Under the pieces are notes generated by a model. It was not told the origin of the DNA and searched no databases. It saw only the letters and a program-made list of their open reading frames with translations. Positions 1 through 13,758 of a stretch of 64,000 nucleotides of DNA are shown here, piece by piece. A program made the position numbers and the translations under genes. Every line of letters starts with the position of its first letter. Positions within the stretch are counted from its first letter, which is position 1. This DNA is from the human T2T-CHM13v2.0 reference genome, Homo sapiens. The stretch is taken from assembly GCF_009914755.1 (NCBI RefSeq), contig NC_060929.1. One strand, given 5' to 3'.

Positions 1-114
1 AACATACAAATCTTTGTGGAAACAGAGACTCAAGAATGCCTCTAGGTTCCAGGCAAAAAGTGTTTTGATAACCGCACTGAGAAGAGACAGTCTTTGCCTT
101 TAAAGGGTTAGGAG

Positions 115-322
115 AATACAGTGGTTGTCAATATGGGCTCTGGAGCCAAATGCCTGGGGTCGAGCTCGCTTCCCTATTACTTCAACTTCAGTAACCTTAG
201 TTCTCTATAAAATGAGGCTAATTCATAGGGTTTTTGTGACGTTTAAATGACATAAACCATATAAGGTGCTTACAATAAGACCTGGCACATGCAGGCACTT
301 AATTTAAATGTTAACTAGTATT
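115..322 (+). mobile_element. MIR SINE remnant
   Basis: MIR core-like text (ctctggagcca...ctataaaatgagg...gtgcttacaataagacctggcaca); highly diverged. Confidence 0.65.
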
Positions 323-534
323 TAATCATTCTAGAATTTAAAGGAACAAACCCGAGTTTTCTCGCATCCTAATAAACCAGCCATGTTTTTTGATCCTACC
401 TGAAGCGGTCTTCGTTAATTAGCATAGCGTATTGTGCCTGCGTAGCAGCCCCCAATGGCAATTTCTTTTTGATACCTTCACATTAGCAGCAGAAATAGGA
501 GCAGGTGTCCAGCTTTTAAAAATTCTTTTAGGAG

Positions 535-627
535 GTGCAGCACACCAACATGGCACATGTATACACATGTAACAAACCTGCATGTGGTGCACATGTACCC
601 TAGAGCTTAAAGTATAATAATAATAAA
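535..627 (+). mobile_element. Extremely 5'-truncated L1PA 3' end
   Basis: L1PA terminus (gcagcacaccaacatggcacatgtata...cttaaagtataataa) plus A tail, flanked by the 17-bp TSD AAAAATTCTTTTAGGAG at 518-534 and 628-644. Confidence 0.9.
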
Positions 628-1249
628 AAAAATTCTTTTAGGAGAAAAGCATTCAAAAAAGTTTGAAGACCACTGCTCTATCTCAAATGGATGCTCAATT
701 AATGCAGTTGACCAATTGATAATCAAGGTTTTTTTTGTTCACTTGCTTTTTCATGTATTACATTTTAAGTTTCTTAAGTGCAAGGATCCTGCCTGGCTAC
801 CCTATACCCCCAAACAGCAAGAAACTCTTATGTAATTTTAGATTAAACACCTAGACTAAACACCTAGACTATTTGAAAAGTGGTACCTTTTCTTAATCAT
901 ATTAATATGACCAAGAGTCATATTATTAGTCAATTGAACTGACACTGTAGGCAAATAAAAACAAGAATTAATTTTTGGAGCCATCTTTGAAGGGCTAGCC
1001 ACTGTGTATCGTCATTGACTCTGGTCTATTATTCTATTCAACCAATGCCTCACAAGAATCAAGTTACAACACAACATTATGAACAGCCCATTTCTTAGGG
1101 TATGGCAAACCGATGCCTTTTCCCGCAAGGCGAGTGCCTAAAGAATTTACCAGAAAGCCTTTGACAGTGATTAATGTCAGTGAAATAGCACTTTATTGTT
1201 AGAAGACATGGGATACATATCAACATACAAAACTTAAAGCGGAAGCCAA

Positions 1250-1990
1250 AGTGCAATGCTTCCTTGAGCTTCATTGACCAAGACAAATGAGGTCGTGCTC
1301 AGGCACTGGTGGTGGGAAAAATGGCTTGACAAATCTGCTATGTCCAGTATCTCCAGGCTTCACGTGGCTTTTTATTTATGCCTAATTAAACTGCAAAAAA
1401 AGGAATATTAATTTGATCTGAGAGCAGAGTAGTCTACATTCTTCCTATTTTTTATGTTCATCCTGCACCCATATTTGTATAATCACACATTCTCATCTGA
1501 ATTGGATCAAGAGTCTTTGTTCTGAAAAATTATTACAAATTCTTTATGGATAAGAAGACATGGATAGCCATACTAAAGACCAAAGACTTTTTTGACTGCT
1601 GTATTCTATAGCATTTGCTTTCAGGTCTGATTGCAATGTTTTGTACAAAGCACACCAGAAATACAAACTTCACTGGAATTGCAACAGCAATTCACTGTAC
1701 TCATGTAATAGTAATAGCAATTCCTGACATCTTCTGATTTTGGAACAACCCTTTGTAGGTGAAAACTCTGTTCATGGCAATTTGAGCATAAACTCTCTTT
1801 CCATATTGTTGTTAAATTTTGATGTACTGGAGCTGGGAAAGAAGCACCAACTTCATGCAACTCCATGCCAAACCAACCCCCTGCCTCTGATATGCCACAA
1901 TGATCTGATGAATTATAATGTTCTACATATGATCTACTTGGCTGCAAAATGTTATCAGGTATATAAGCACATACACTTGGAGGCACATGA
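1250..1990 (-). mobile_element. Ancient RTE-clade LINE fragment (degenerate RT C-terminal half)
   Basis: Frameshifted minus-strand translation gives motifs in RTE order: FTYKG (~FTYLG, 1749-1763), IAVA, NTAV..L.YG, LDPIQMR, GH.R, RPHLSW. Confidence 0.5.
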
Positions 1991-2589
1991 CTTTATGTAT
2001 TTAATATAATCCTAATAGAAATTTCCATGAGCTTCTCAGGAACCCTGGCAACTAATCCCAAAATGAATATGAAAGAGCCAAGGACCAAGAAAAGACATGA
2101 CACTCAAAAAGAAGAACCCTACAGGAGATCTTGTCCTCCAGATATTACAATTGTTCTAGGGCTATAGCAATTAAGATAGTGTGGTATTGGGATAAATCAT
2201 ATAGATGGACCAGGGCAACAGAATATAGAATCCAGAAACATAACACACATGCATAGAAATTTTTTTTTCCTAGAGCTGGCATTGCAGACACTTGGAGGAA
2301 ATATTAATTATTTCAATATGTGGTTATGGGGAAAACATATTACTCATGTGTTAAAAAAATAAAATTGGACCTCTTATATCACACAAAAAGCCAATTTCTG
2401 GTGTACTAAAGACTTAAATTTGAAAAGCAAAATTACAAAACTTATCAAAAATTAATATACATTGATAATTTTATAGCTTCCTAGTTTATAAAGACTTTCT
2501 AAATATGTATATTATAAATAGAATGATTCTTAAAATGAGATCAACCACATTAAAATTAAGAATTTACGTTCCTTAAAATGCACTGTAAT

Positions 2590-2808
<219 letters not shown>

Positions 2809-3405
2809 GACACTGTAATGAAAGTAAAAAAATAAGTGTCAGAAACTGGGAGAAGGTACTCATAACATAGAGAATTAAGCCCCAGAATATACAAAGAACT
2901 CTATAAACCTGTAAGAAAAAAATGAACAATCCAACTGATGAATGAGCAGAAATGTTACATGTGTGTTTCACAGAAGAGAAAGAAATGGCAACAAATACAT
3001 GGAAAATGCTCAATCTTACTAGAAATTGGGGAGAAATTAGAACAGCAGTGATCAGATGCCATTTTATATTTACCACACACACAAGAAGTAAGAATCCTGA
3101 CAATACCCGATGTGACTGAGAATGTGCAGCAGTAGTTACACCACTTTGGAAAATAAGTTGGCATCATTTAGTAAATACAAAAAGTAGCTGAACTCTCTGA
3201 CCCAGAAATTTCACCCCTAGGTATATTCCCTAGAGGAATTCTTGCACTGTTTACTAGGAGGCATGGAAAAGAATGTTTATACCAGCACTGTTTGTAATTG
3301 GAGAAAAAAAAAAACTGAAAACAGACCAAATGTTGATTAACAATGGAATAAATTGTGGTGTATTCACAATGAATACATCAATGAAGAAATAAAAAAGCTA
3401 CAGAT

Positions 3406-3697
3406 GGCTGGGTGTGGTGGCCCATGCCTGTAATCCCAGCACTTTGGGAGGCCAAGGCGAACAGATCACCTGAGGTCAGGAGTTCAAGACCAGCCTGACC
3501 AACATGGTGAAACCCCCTCTCTACTAAAAATACAAAAATTAGCCAGGAATGCTGGTGGGCACCTGTAATCCCAGCTACTTGGGAGGCTGAGGCAGGGAGA
3601 ATTGCTTGAACTCGGGAGGCAGAGGTTGCAGTGAGCTGAGATTGTGCTGCTGCACTCTAGCCTGGGCAACAGAGCGAGACTCCATCTCAAAAAAAAA
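3406..3697 (+). mobile_element. AluS
   Basis: Full dimeric Alu with A tail; TSD-like aaaaaagctaca. Confidence 0.92.
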
Positions 3698-4302
3698 GCT
3701 ACACAGATGAGATTTAGAAAGGAAATGTTAAGTTAAAAAGCAACTGGTGGAAGAATATATGCAGAATGACTCAATTTACATAGCATTCAAAACACACAAA
3801 ACTAAATACATTTAGGAGGATATAAATACATGAAGTTAAAACTATAGAGAAAAGCAAAGAGATAATGAATACAAAAATCTAGTTAGTAGTTGTCTCTGAT
3901 GGGAGAGGGAGAGGGAAGAGGTTGGGAAAGAGTGCTTTAAAGCTTTCTAAAGTAATGGTAATGCACTCTTCAAGTGGGTGGTTGGTAATGAACACCTGTC
4001 GTACTCTTATTATTTAACACCCCCCCCCCGCAAGTGTTTTAAGCTCTTTATTTTGAAATAATTTCATACTCATATAGAAATTTCAAATAGAAATTTGAGT
4101 TCAATGAGTTCCTATGAGCCCTTCATCCAGCTTCCTCCAATGATATAATCTTGCATAAGACAAGTTCAATTCACAACACCAGGAAACTGACATTGAACTA
4201 AATGGCAGGCTTTATTCAGATTTCACTAGTTTTTACATATACAATTTTTGAGAGTGTGTATGTAGCTCTTTGACATTTTATTGCATGTATAGATTCCTGT
4301 AA

Positions 4303-4773
<471 letters not shown>

Positions 4774-4824
4774 GTACCTATTTAATATTTTAAACAACCA
4801 CCTGCCCCCCCTCCCCTCCTCTGA

Positions 4825-4825
<1 letters not shown>

Positions 4826-4868
<43 letters not shown>

Positions 4869-4874
4869 ACACAC
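4826..4874. repeat. (CA)n microsatellite
   Basis: About 24 CA units with one interruption. Confidence 0.95.
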
Positions 4875-7797
4875 AGTTTCAGAAGAGAAAAATGCTTAGA
4901 ACCTGTAAAGATTATCCTCACATCCACCATTAGCTCTCTTAGTGAAATTTTCCCAGGCTTACTCAATTACAAGTAATTTCATGTTCACCCAGTTCACTTC
5001 CTTCACCCACTCTTATAAGACCAAAGATAAAGATGTGCACACATTTTTTTTTTTATTCTCTAGAGGGTCATCTTAGAATCAAAAGACCACTCTGTTTTCC
5101 CAAACCTCCCCCCAGCCAGGAGTTTGTCAGGTTTTTTTTTCATATTTTCAAAGTATCAAATTTTTACTATATTGATACTTTCTACAGTATATCTGTTTTC
5201 TATTTCCTTAATCTCCAATCTTTTCATTGGTATCTCCTACCTCCTTAATAAATTTAATTTACTGTTCTTTATCTCAGACCTCTGCAATGGGGAAGACATT
5301 TATTACAGTCTCCGTTTCAGAGAATAAAGCTAGCCCAGCCTGGGGAAGTTTTACACAACAGATTAAACACAGGTGGAAAAATCACAGACACAATCACAGA
5401 CACACTGAGAGTCACTGATCTTGACTGATCAAACCTAACACTTAAGTCATGCCCTGCACTTTCCATTCCTTTCCCCCCAGGCTGGTTTGCTCCTGTTTTT
5501 GCAGATTCCCTGGCAGATCCCAGGCTCCCGACGTCTGGCTGCTCCAGACACAGCCAGTTTAGGTTGAAACTAAATGATCTCATTCACCTGAACCTCAGTG
5601 TAGTTGCCTGCCTTTCCTGGAATCCAACCCACCTCTTCCTTAATCAGATCCTTTTCCTCCACCCAGCCTCCTGGGGAGAAAGCCTTCCCCTCCTCTAAAC
5701 TTTTATTTAAAAACAAGCAAAAAAAATGGCTTCCCATTTGTGCTCTTATGACTCCCCTTGATGCTTACTGCATTTTTCAAACCTGGTTCAAAACAGCTCC
5801 ACTCCTCACCCCTATTTTTATTCTTTCCCCTGGTTCTCCTCTTTTGCCTGAGGTGTGTTTTGTTTGTTTTGTTTCCATTTTTCAATGCTCACCCAGGCAT
5901 GTATAGGCAGACTCTGTTTTCACCACAACCAACCAATTCTTGGAATCTTCCTCCTAAAGACAGTTATGTTTCCTTCTAAGAACAATGACAACATTGGGGA
6001 TTGCATTCTTGAAGAAAGCTCAACAATAATTAAATGAGTTTATTAGTGTATTCCTTAGGATAGCATCATGTGATTTGAAAATGGGTCTATGGACAAATAA
6101 ATCTGAGTGACAATGGATTTAACAGAGTGCTTCCCAAACTCTGACATGCAAGAATACCCAGATCTTTTTTGTGTTACCCACATACCTCCTTTTTTTGGAA
6201 GGCAGGTTTCTATGGAAGGCATCTTGAGTGTAGAACAACCACTGAATTAAGACATGTGTATGACAATAACATGTTATTTTTTAAGAAACCAAGTTAAAAG
6301 AGCTGAAGGTTCTGTTCTCCAACTTCTATGACATGAGCACAAACACATTCCATGTGATGAATATGCTATTTGCTCTTAGATCCACCGTCCACCCTGCCAC
6401 CTCCCCAAAGGAGCTGACCTATAAAGAACAGGCTCCCTTGTTCTTCATTCCAGTCTCTTCCTTGATGCCAAGAATACTCCCCAATAAAACTCTTGGATCC
6501 ATCTCAGAATCTACTTTCCAGAGAATCGGCCTATGACAAGAGTCAAATAACTCTATAGATTTTATGAGAAAGAGCAGCCTTTCTTTTTGCTCTCATTACC
6601 AGTTTTCCAGAGGCAATTAGTTTCAGCTCCTCTGATATATTATTTGCGTATCCCTGGAAAAAATGTTTATATTGCTACTTTTTAAAAATTTTTCTGTTTT
6701 AGCATTACCATCAACTTACCTCTATGGAAACTGAACATATTGCTCTCTTACACATACACACATACAGGGATTGAGAGAGAGAGAGAGAACAATTCCCATC
6801 TACCCACCATCCCAGTAAACTTAGAATCAGTGCCCAGTAAACATGTTATTATGACAATACATAAGTGACAAAGAAAGCTCAGTAATATAATAGAATATGA
6901 TTGCTTTTCCCCTTACATTTTCTTTCCCTAAAGTGAATGTCTGACTTGTTTTTCCATTTGCTTAGTTTTCTATGTATTTATCACTAATTTCCAAACACTC
7001 CCCCTGTAAATCTCCTCTTTATACATTCAAACAAATTAAGTACACTATCACTTTTACTTTTTGGAAGATGTCTCTTCTAGAACCTTCTGGACCACATTAA
7101 TTGGATGATCGATACCTAGGATTGCCTACTGTTTTCTTGGAATCTCCTTTCCCATTAATTTAGAGACTTCCTTTACATCTTTCTTGCATTGAATCTCTTG
7201 TTTCACTCTTTCTTGGTTTACTTCCTTGTTCTGGTGGAGCCCATCCATCAGTACTTTCCTTGGAAAGGGTGCATGGTAAGTAAATTTTTTGAGATCTTGT
7301 TTATCTGAAAAATAGTTTATTTTACCTTTATAGTTGGTTGATGTAGGAAGATAATAGATCTAATGACTTCTCCTCCTTTAAGCAGATGTCATTAAAAAAA
7401 AAACTCTTCTTCCTTTTATTGTATCTCTCTAGCTCCTAAGGTCTCCATAGTTAAAGAAAAAAAAAAAAGCCATGAATAGAGACTTTAATTCACAGGTTAA
7501 AGATGTCCTTGGTCTAGAAATATCTTCACACAATATAGCTAAGTATCAATTTAGGTAATATGAGGAATTACTTTTTAAAGGCAACTTAACTTTTCAATTA
7601 TTTTTTAAAGCTGAGTTCACTTTTACTTCATGATTTAATTTTAGATGTCTAGTTTCAAATAGTTTTATTCCCAGAAAAACTATACTTTATTATGTAGATA
7701 CTAATGAGGAATTCCAAATCTCCTCCTAAAATACAGAAGTAATCCTATAAAAAGTACAAAAGTCTAAAGATGTGCCACAGTAAAAGTTTTCATGTTA

Positions 7798-8400
7798 TGG
7801 AATACCATGCAGCTATAAAAAAGAATGATATCACGTTCTCTGTAGGAACATGGATGGAGCTGGAGACCATTATTCTTAGCAAACCAGTGCAAGAACCAAA
7901 AACCAAAGACCGCATGTTCTCAGCTTGGCCAACATGGTGAAACCCTGTCTTTACTAAAAACACAAAAATTAGACAGGCATGGTGGCACATGCCTGTAATC
8001 CCAGCTACTCGGGAGGCTGAGGTGGGAAGATCATCTGAGCTCAGGAGGCGGAGGATGCAGTGAGCTGAGATCATGCCACTGCACTTCAGCCTGGGTGACA
8101 GAGCGAGACTCTGTCTCACTGCCCCTCCCCCCTGCCAAAAAAAAGACAGCATGTTCTCACTTACAGGTGGGAGCTCAGTGATGAGAACACATGGACACAT
8201 AGAGGGGAACAACATACACTGGGGCCTATGGGAGGATGGAAGGTGGGAGGAGGGAGAGGATCAGGAAAAATAACCAATAGGTACTAGGCTTAAACCTGGG
8301 TGATGAAATAATCTGTACAACAAACCCCCATGGCACAAGTTTACTTATATAACAAACCTGCACATGTACCTCTGAATGTAAAATAAAAGTTAAATTAAAA
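7798..8400 (+). mobile_element. L1PA/PB 3' end containing a truncated Alu (about 7923-8140)
   Basis: L1 3' UTR with TSD AAAAGTTTTCATGTTA (7782-7797 and 8401-8416); the internal Alu has TSD aaagac(c/a)gcatgttctca. Confidence 0.88.
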
Positions 8401-9721
8401 AAAAGTTTTCATGTTAGAGTAAATATACAGAAAAATAGTTATATTAGATATTACTGCATTTTATTTATTTATATATCTACATACACATTTATGTATATTT
8501 GTATATATATTATGCATGCACATATATAGCTAATGCATCCACATTATTCAAAAATAAGAATTGTAAAAGTATACAATGAAAAGTTTTTTTCCCCACCCAG
8601 TTTCCTAGCTCATAGAAAATGATTACTTGTTTTTTTGTGTTTCCTTCTAGAGATATTTAATGCACATACAACCAATTATTAGGAAATACTTTGGTAATCT
8701 GAAAGGAGTTTAAGGAATAAATTATTCAAAATGGTGTGGACAGAGCAGAAGGAAATGACATGGAATGGTAAGGCATCTGTAATTTTATTACAAAGCTATA
8801 GTAGTCAAAACAGTATGGTACTGCCATAAAAACAGACACAGAGACCAGTGGGACAGAATAGAGAGCCCAGAGGCCAAGTTATGAATTTAGTCCATTCATT
8901 TTCAACAAAGGTGCCAAGAACACACATTGGGGAAAGGATGGTCTCTTCAGTAAACGGTGTTGTGAAAACTGGATATTTACTTGCCATAGGATGAAAATGG
9001 ACTCTTATTTCACACCATATACAAAAATCAACTCAAAGTGGATTGAAGACTTAAATACAAGTCCTGATACTATAAAAATCCTGGAAGAAAAGAGAGAAGA
9101 AAAGTTTTTGACACTGGGCTTGCCAATAATTTTTGGGGGTATGACACCAAAAGCACAGGCAACAAAGTCAAACACAAATAAGTAGCACTACATCAAACTA
9201 AAAAATTCCTGCACAGCAAACCATATATCTGATAGGGGCTTAATATCCAAAATGCATAAGGAACTCATGCAACTCATAACGTGATTAAAAATAGAGCAAA
9301 GGACCTGAAAAGACATTTTTCCAAAGAAGACATACAGATTGCCAACAGGTATATGAAAAGGTGCTCAACATCACTAGTCATCAGGGAACTGCAAATCAAA
9401 ACCACAATGAGATAAGACCGCAAACCTACTAGGATGGCTATTATCACAAAATCAAAAAATAATTAAGTGTTGGTGAGGATGTGAAGAAAAGGGTACAATT
9501 GTAAATCGGCACAACCATTATGGAAAACAGTATGGAGTTTCCTCCAAAAACTAAAAATAGAACTACTGAATGATTTAGCAATCCCACTTCTGTGCATATA
9601 TCCAAAGGAAATGAAATCAGTATCTCAGATATATCTGCACTGCCATGTTCATTGAAGCGTTATTCCCAGTAGCCAAGATAGAGAAACAAACTGTGTTCAT
9701 CAATAGACAAATGGTTAAAGT

Positions 9722-10910
9722 TGTGTGTATGTATATGTATATGTGTGTATATATGTATACATATGCATATATGAATATACACATATGTATACCTATGCAT
9801 ATATGAATATACACATATATGTATACCTATGTATATATGAATATACACATATGTATACATATGTATATATGAATATACACACATATGTATACATATGTAT
9901 ATATGAATATACACACATATGTATACATATGTATATATGAATATACACATGTATACATATGTATATGAATACACATATGTATACATGTGTACATGTGAAT
10001 ACACTTATGTATACATGTGTACATGTGAATACACATATGCATGCATGTGTACTTGTGAATACACATATGCATGCATGTGTACATATGAATATACACATAT
10101 GCATGCATGTGTACATATGAATACACATATGCATGCATTGTACATATGAATACACATATATGTATGCATGTGTACATATGAATACACATATATGTATGCA
10201 TATGCGTGTATATGAATATACATATATGTATGCATATGCGTGTATATGAATATACATATATGTATGCATATGCGTGTATATGAATATACATATATGTATG
10301 CATATGCGTGTATATGAATATACATATGTATGCATATGCGTGTATATGAATATACATATGTATGCATATGCGTGTATATGAATATACATATGTATGCATA
10401 TGCGTGTATATGAATATACATATGTATGCATATGCGTGTATATGAATATACATATGTATGCATATGCGTGTATATGAATATACATATGTATGCATATGCG
10501 TGTATATGAATATACATATGTATGCATATGCGTGTATATGAATATACATATGTATGCATATGCGTGTATATGAATATACATATGTATGCATATGCGTGTA
10601 TATGAATATACATATGTATGCATATGCGTGTATATGAATATACATATGTATGCATATGCGTGTATATGAATATACATATATGTATATATTATGTGTATAT
10701 ATACACACACTGGAATACATGTGTACATATATACATACATGTAAACTGTATATAATGTATACATGTACACATGCATGTATATATACATACTATATACATC
10801 TGTACACCTATATACATGTATATACACATGAATACATATACAAGTATATACATATGTATATACAAGTATATACATATGTATATGTATACACGTGTATATA
10901 CGTGTATATG
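9722..10910. repeat. AT-rich alternating purine/pyrimidine minisatellite; homogeneous 32-bp core at about 10190-10680
   Basis: Unit TACATATGTATGCATATGCGTGTATATGAATA, about 15 copies including 34-bp variants, with diverged flanks. Confidence 0.95.
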
Positions 10911-12174
10911 TGAGCAGTGACAACGTGCTAGCAGCCCTCACTGGCTCTTGGCACCTCCTCGGCCTCCGCGTCCGCTCTGGCCGCACTTGAGGAGCTCTTC
11001 AGCCTGTCGCTGTGCTGTGGGGGCCCCACTCTGGGGCTGGCCGAGTCTGTAACCAGCTCCCTCTGCTCTTGGGGAGGTGTGGAGGGAGAGGTGCCGGCGG
11101 GAGCTGGGGCTGCACGTGGCATTCGCAGGCCGGTGCGGGTTCCGGGTGGTCAGGGGCTCAGTGCCTGCTGGGCTTGATTGGGGGATGAGCTCCCTCTGGG
11201 CTGCCAGAGTGCCCGGGCTAGGTGCTGCAAAGTCCCGCGGAGAGTGCCATTGAGAGGTGAAGCCAGCTGGGCTTCTGGGTCAGGTGGGGACTTGGAGAAC
11301 TTTTGTGTCTAGCTAAAGGATTGTAAACACACCAATCAGCACTCTGTGTCTAGCTAGAGGTTTGTAAATGCACCAATCAGCACTCTGTGTCTAGCTAAAG
11401 GTTTATAAACGCACCAATCAGCGCTCTGTGTCTAGTTAATCTGGTGGGGACTTGGACAACTTTTGTGTCTAGCTAAAAGATTGTAAATGCACCAATCGGC
11501 ACTCTGTGTCTAGCTAAAGGTTTGTAAATGTACCAATCAGCACTCTGTGTCTAGCTAGAGGTTTGTAAACGCACCAATCAGCACTCTGTGTCTAGCTAAA
11601 GGTATGTAAACACACCAATCAGCTCTCTGTAAAACGGACCAATCAACTCTCTATAAAATGGACCAACGAGCTCACAGTAAAATGGACCAATCAGCAGGAT
11701 GTGGGTGGGGCCAGATAAGGGAATAAAAGTAGGCCAACCAAGCCAGGAGCGGCAACCCACTCCACTTACCTCCCCTTCCACACTGTGAAAGCTATGTTCA
11801 TTCGCTCTTCGCAATAAATCTTGCTGCTGGTCACTCTTTAGGTCCACGCTGCCTTTATGAGCTGTAACACTCACTGCGAAGATCTGAAGCTTCACTCCTG
11901 AAGCCAGCAAGACCATAAACTCACCAGAAGGAACAAACAACTCCGGACGTGCTGTCTTTAAGAGCTGTAACACTCACTGCAAAGGTCTGCAGCTTCACCC
12001 CTGAAGTCAGCGAGACCACGAACCCAGCAGAAGGAAGAAACTCCGGACACATATGAACATCTGAAGGAACAAACTCCAGACACACCATCTTTAAGAGCTG
12101 TAACACTCACCACGAGGGTCCGCAGCTTCATTCTTGAAGTCAGCAAGATCAAGAACCCACCAATTCCGGACACA
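10911..12174 (+). mobile_element. Solo ERV9 LTR (LTR12 family, probably LTR12D)
   Basis: TG...CA ends (tgagcagtgacaacgtgctagcagcc...ccaattccggacaca); 4-bp TSD TATG; ~41-bp CCAAT-containing U3 repeats; AGATAA 11713; AATAAAA 11722; poly(A) signal 11813. Confidence 0.93.
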
Positions 12175-12604
12175 TATGTATACATATACATATCGATATG
12201 TACGTGTGTATATGCATACAGATATGTGTATGTATGTATATTCGTAGGTAAGCACACATATATACATGCCTGTATACACATGTGCATATACATGTGTGCA
12301 TGTGTACATGTAGATACACATGTATTCATAAGTGTGTATATGTATACATCTATACATACATGTGTATACGTGTGCATACATACATGGTACGTGTGTATAC
12401 GTGTACATACATGGGTACGTGTGTATACGTGTGCATACATACCTGGGTACGTGTGTATACGCGTGCATACATACCTGGGTACGTGTGTATACGCGTGCAT
12501 ACATACCTGGGTACGTGTGTATACGCGTGCATACATACCTGGGTACATGTGTATACGTGTGCATACATACATGGGTACATGTGTATACGTGTGTATACAT
12601 ACTG
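12175..12604. repeat. Second alternating purine/pyrimidine minisatellite (28-32-bp unit)
   Basis: Unit GTGTATACGCGTGCATACATACCTGGGTACGT repeated at about 12420-12560 with diverged neighbours. Confidence 0.92.
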
Positions 12605-13128
12605 CACACACTGGAATAATACTCAACTTTAAAAAAGGAGATCCTGCCATTTGCAACAACTTGGATGAAACTGGAGGACATTATGCTAAGTGAAATAACC
12701 CAGGCACAGAAAGACAAACGCTGCTTAATCTTACTCATATATGTTATCTAAAAAAGTCTAACTCATAGAAACAGAAAGCAGAACGGTGTTTGCTAGCGGG
12801 TAGGGGATGGAGGAAAATGGGGGAATTTGGTCAAAGGGTACAACCTCACAGTTTTAAAATGCACAAGTTGTGGAAATCTAATGTATTGCATCATAACTAT
12901 AGAATAATAATATATTGGATATTTGAATTTTGCCCAGAGAGTAGATGACCAAAAAACAGATATGTGAAGTGATAAATAGGTTAAATAGCTTTATTTGGGG
13001 AATCATCTCACAATGTGTATGTGTATCAAAACACCACGTTGTACATCTTAAATACATACAGTGTTTGTCAGTTACATCTCAATTAAAAATAAATAAAATT
13101 AAAAATTGACTAATAAATTACCAGTAAT

Positions 13129-13551
<423 letters not shown>

Positions 13552-13636
13552 TTAAACTAGTAGGCGAACCACCAATGCTTAGGGCTAAAATGAGAGTTGT
13601 CTTTATCATCCCTAAACTTCCCTCAGTACACACAGG

Positions 13637-13698
13637 CCACCACCACTACCACCACCGCCACCACCACCACCACCACCACCAGCACCAGCACCACCAGC

Positions 13699-13729
<31 letters not shown>

Positions 13730-13758
13730 CCACCACCACCACCACCACCACCACCACC
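13637..13758. repeat. (CAC)n trinucleotide repeat with CAG/TAC/CGC interruptions
   Basis: About 40 triplets, directly visible. Confidence 0.95.

Larger units (their letters stand above)
8785..13105 (+). mobile_element. L1MA-type element (ORF2 3' part plus 3' UTR) split by a minisatellite and LTR12
   Basis: ORF 8991-9185 is L1 ORF2-like (FTPYTKINSKWIEDLN); L1 stops at about 9722 and resumes at about 12605, then ends in an A-rich tail near 13085-13105. Confidence 0.85.

Noticed and set aside
1621-1986. 121-aa Cys-rich ORF as a novel gene
   Set aside because: No exon or promoter context; better explained as a frameshifted ancient LINE fragment.
9617-10986. Long ORFs (up to 397 aa) rich in Y/I/H/M/C/T
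   Set aside because: Translations of a stop-poor alternating purine/pyrimidine minisatellite, open in several frames on both strands.
11300-11700. ~41-bp repeats resembling a CRISPR array
   Set aside because: Head-to-tail U3 enhancer repeats of LTR12 with no unique spacers, no cas genes and a eukaryotic context.
11958-12738. ORFs of 85-233 aa
   Set aside because: They run through the LTR12 end, the minisatellite and L1 sequence; artefacts.
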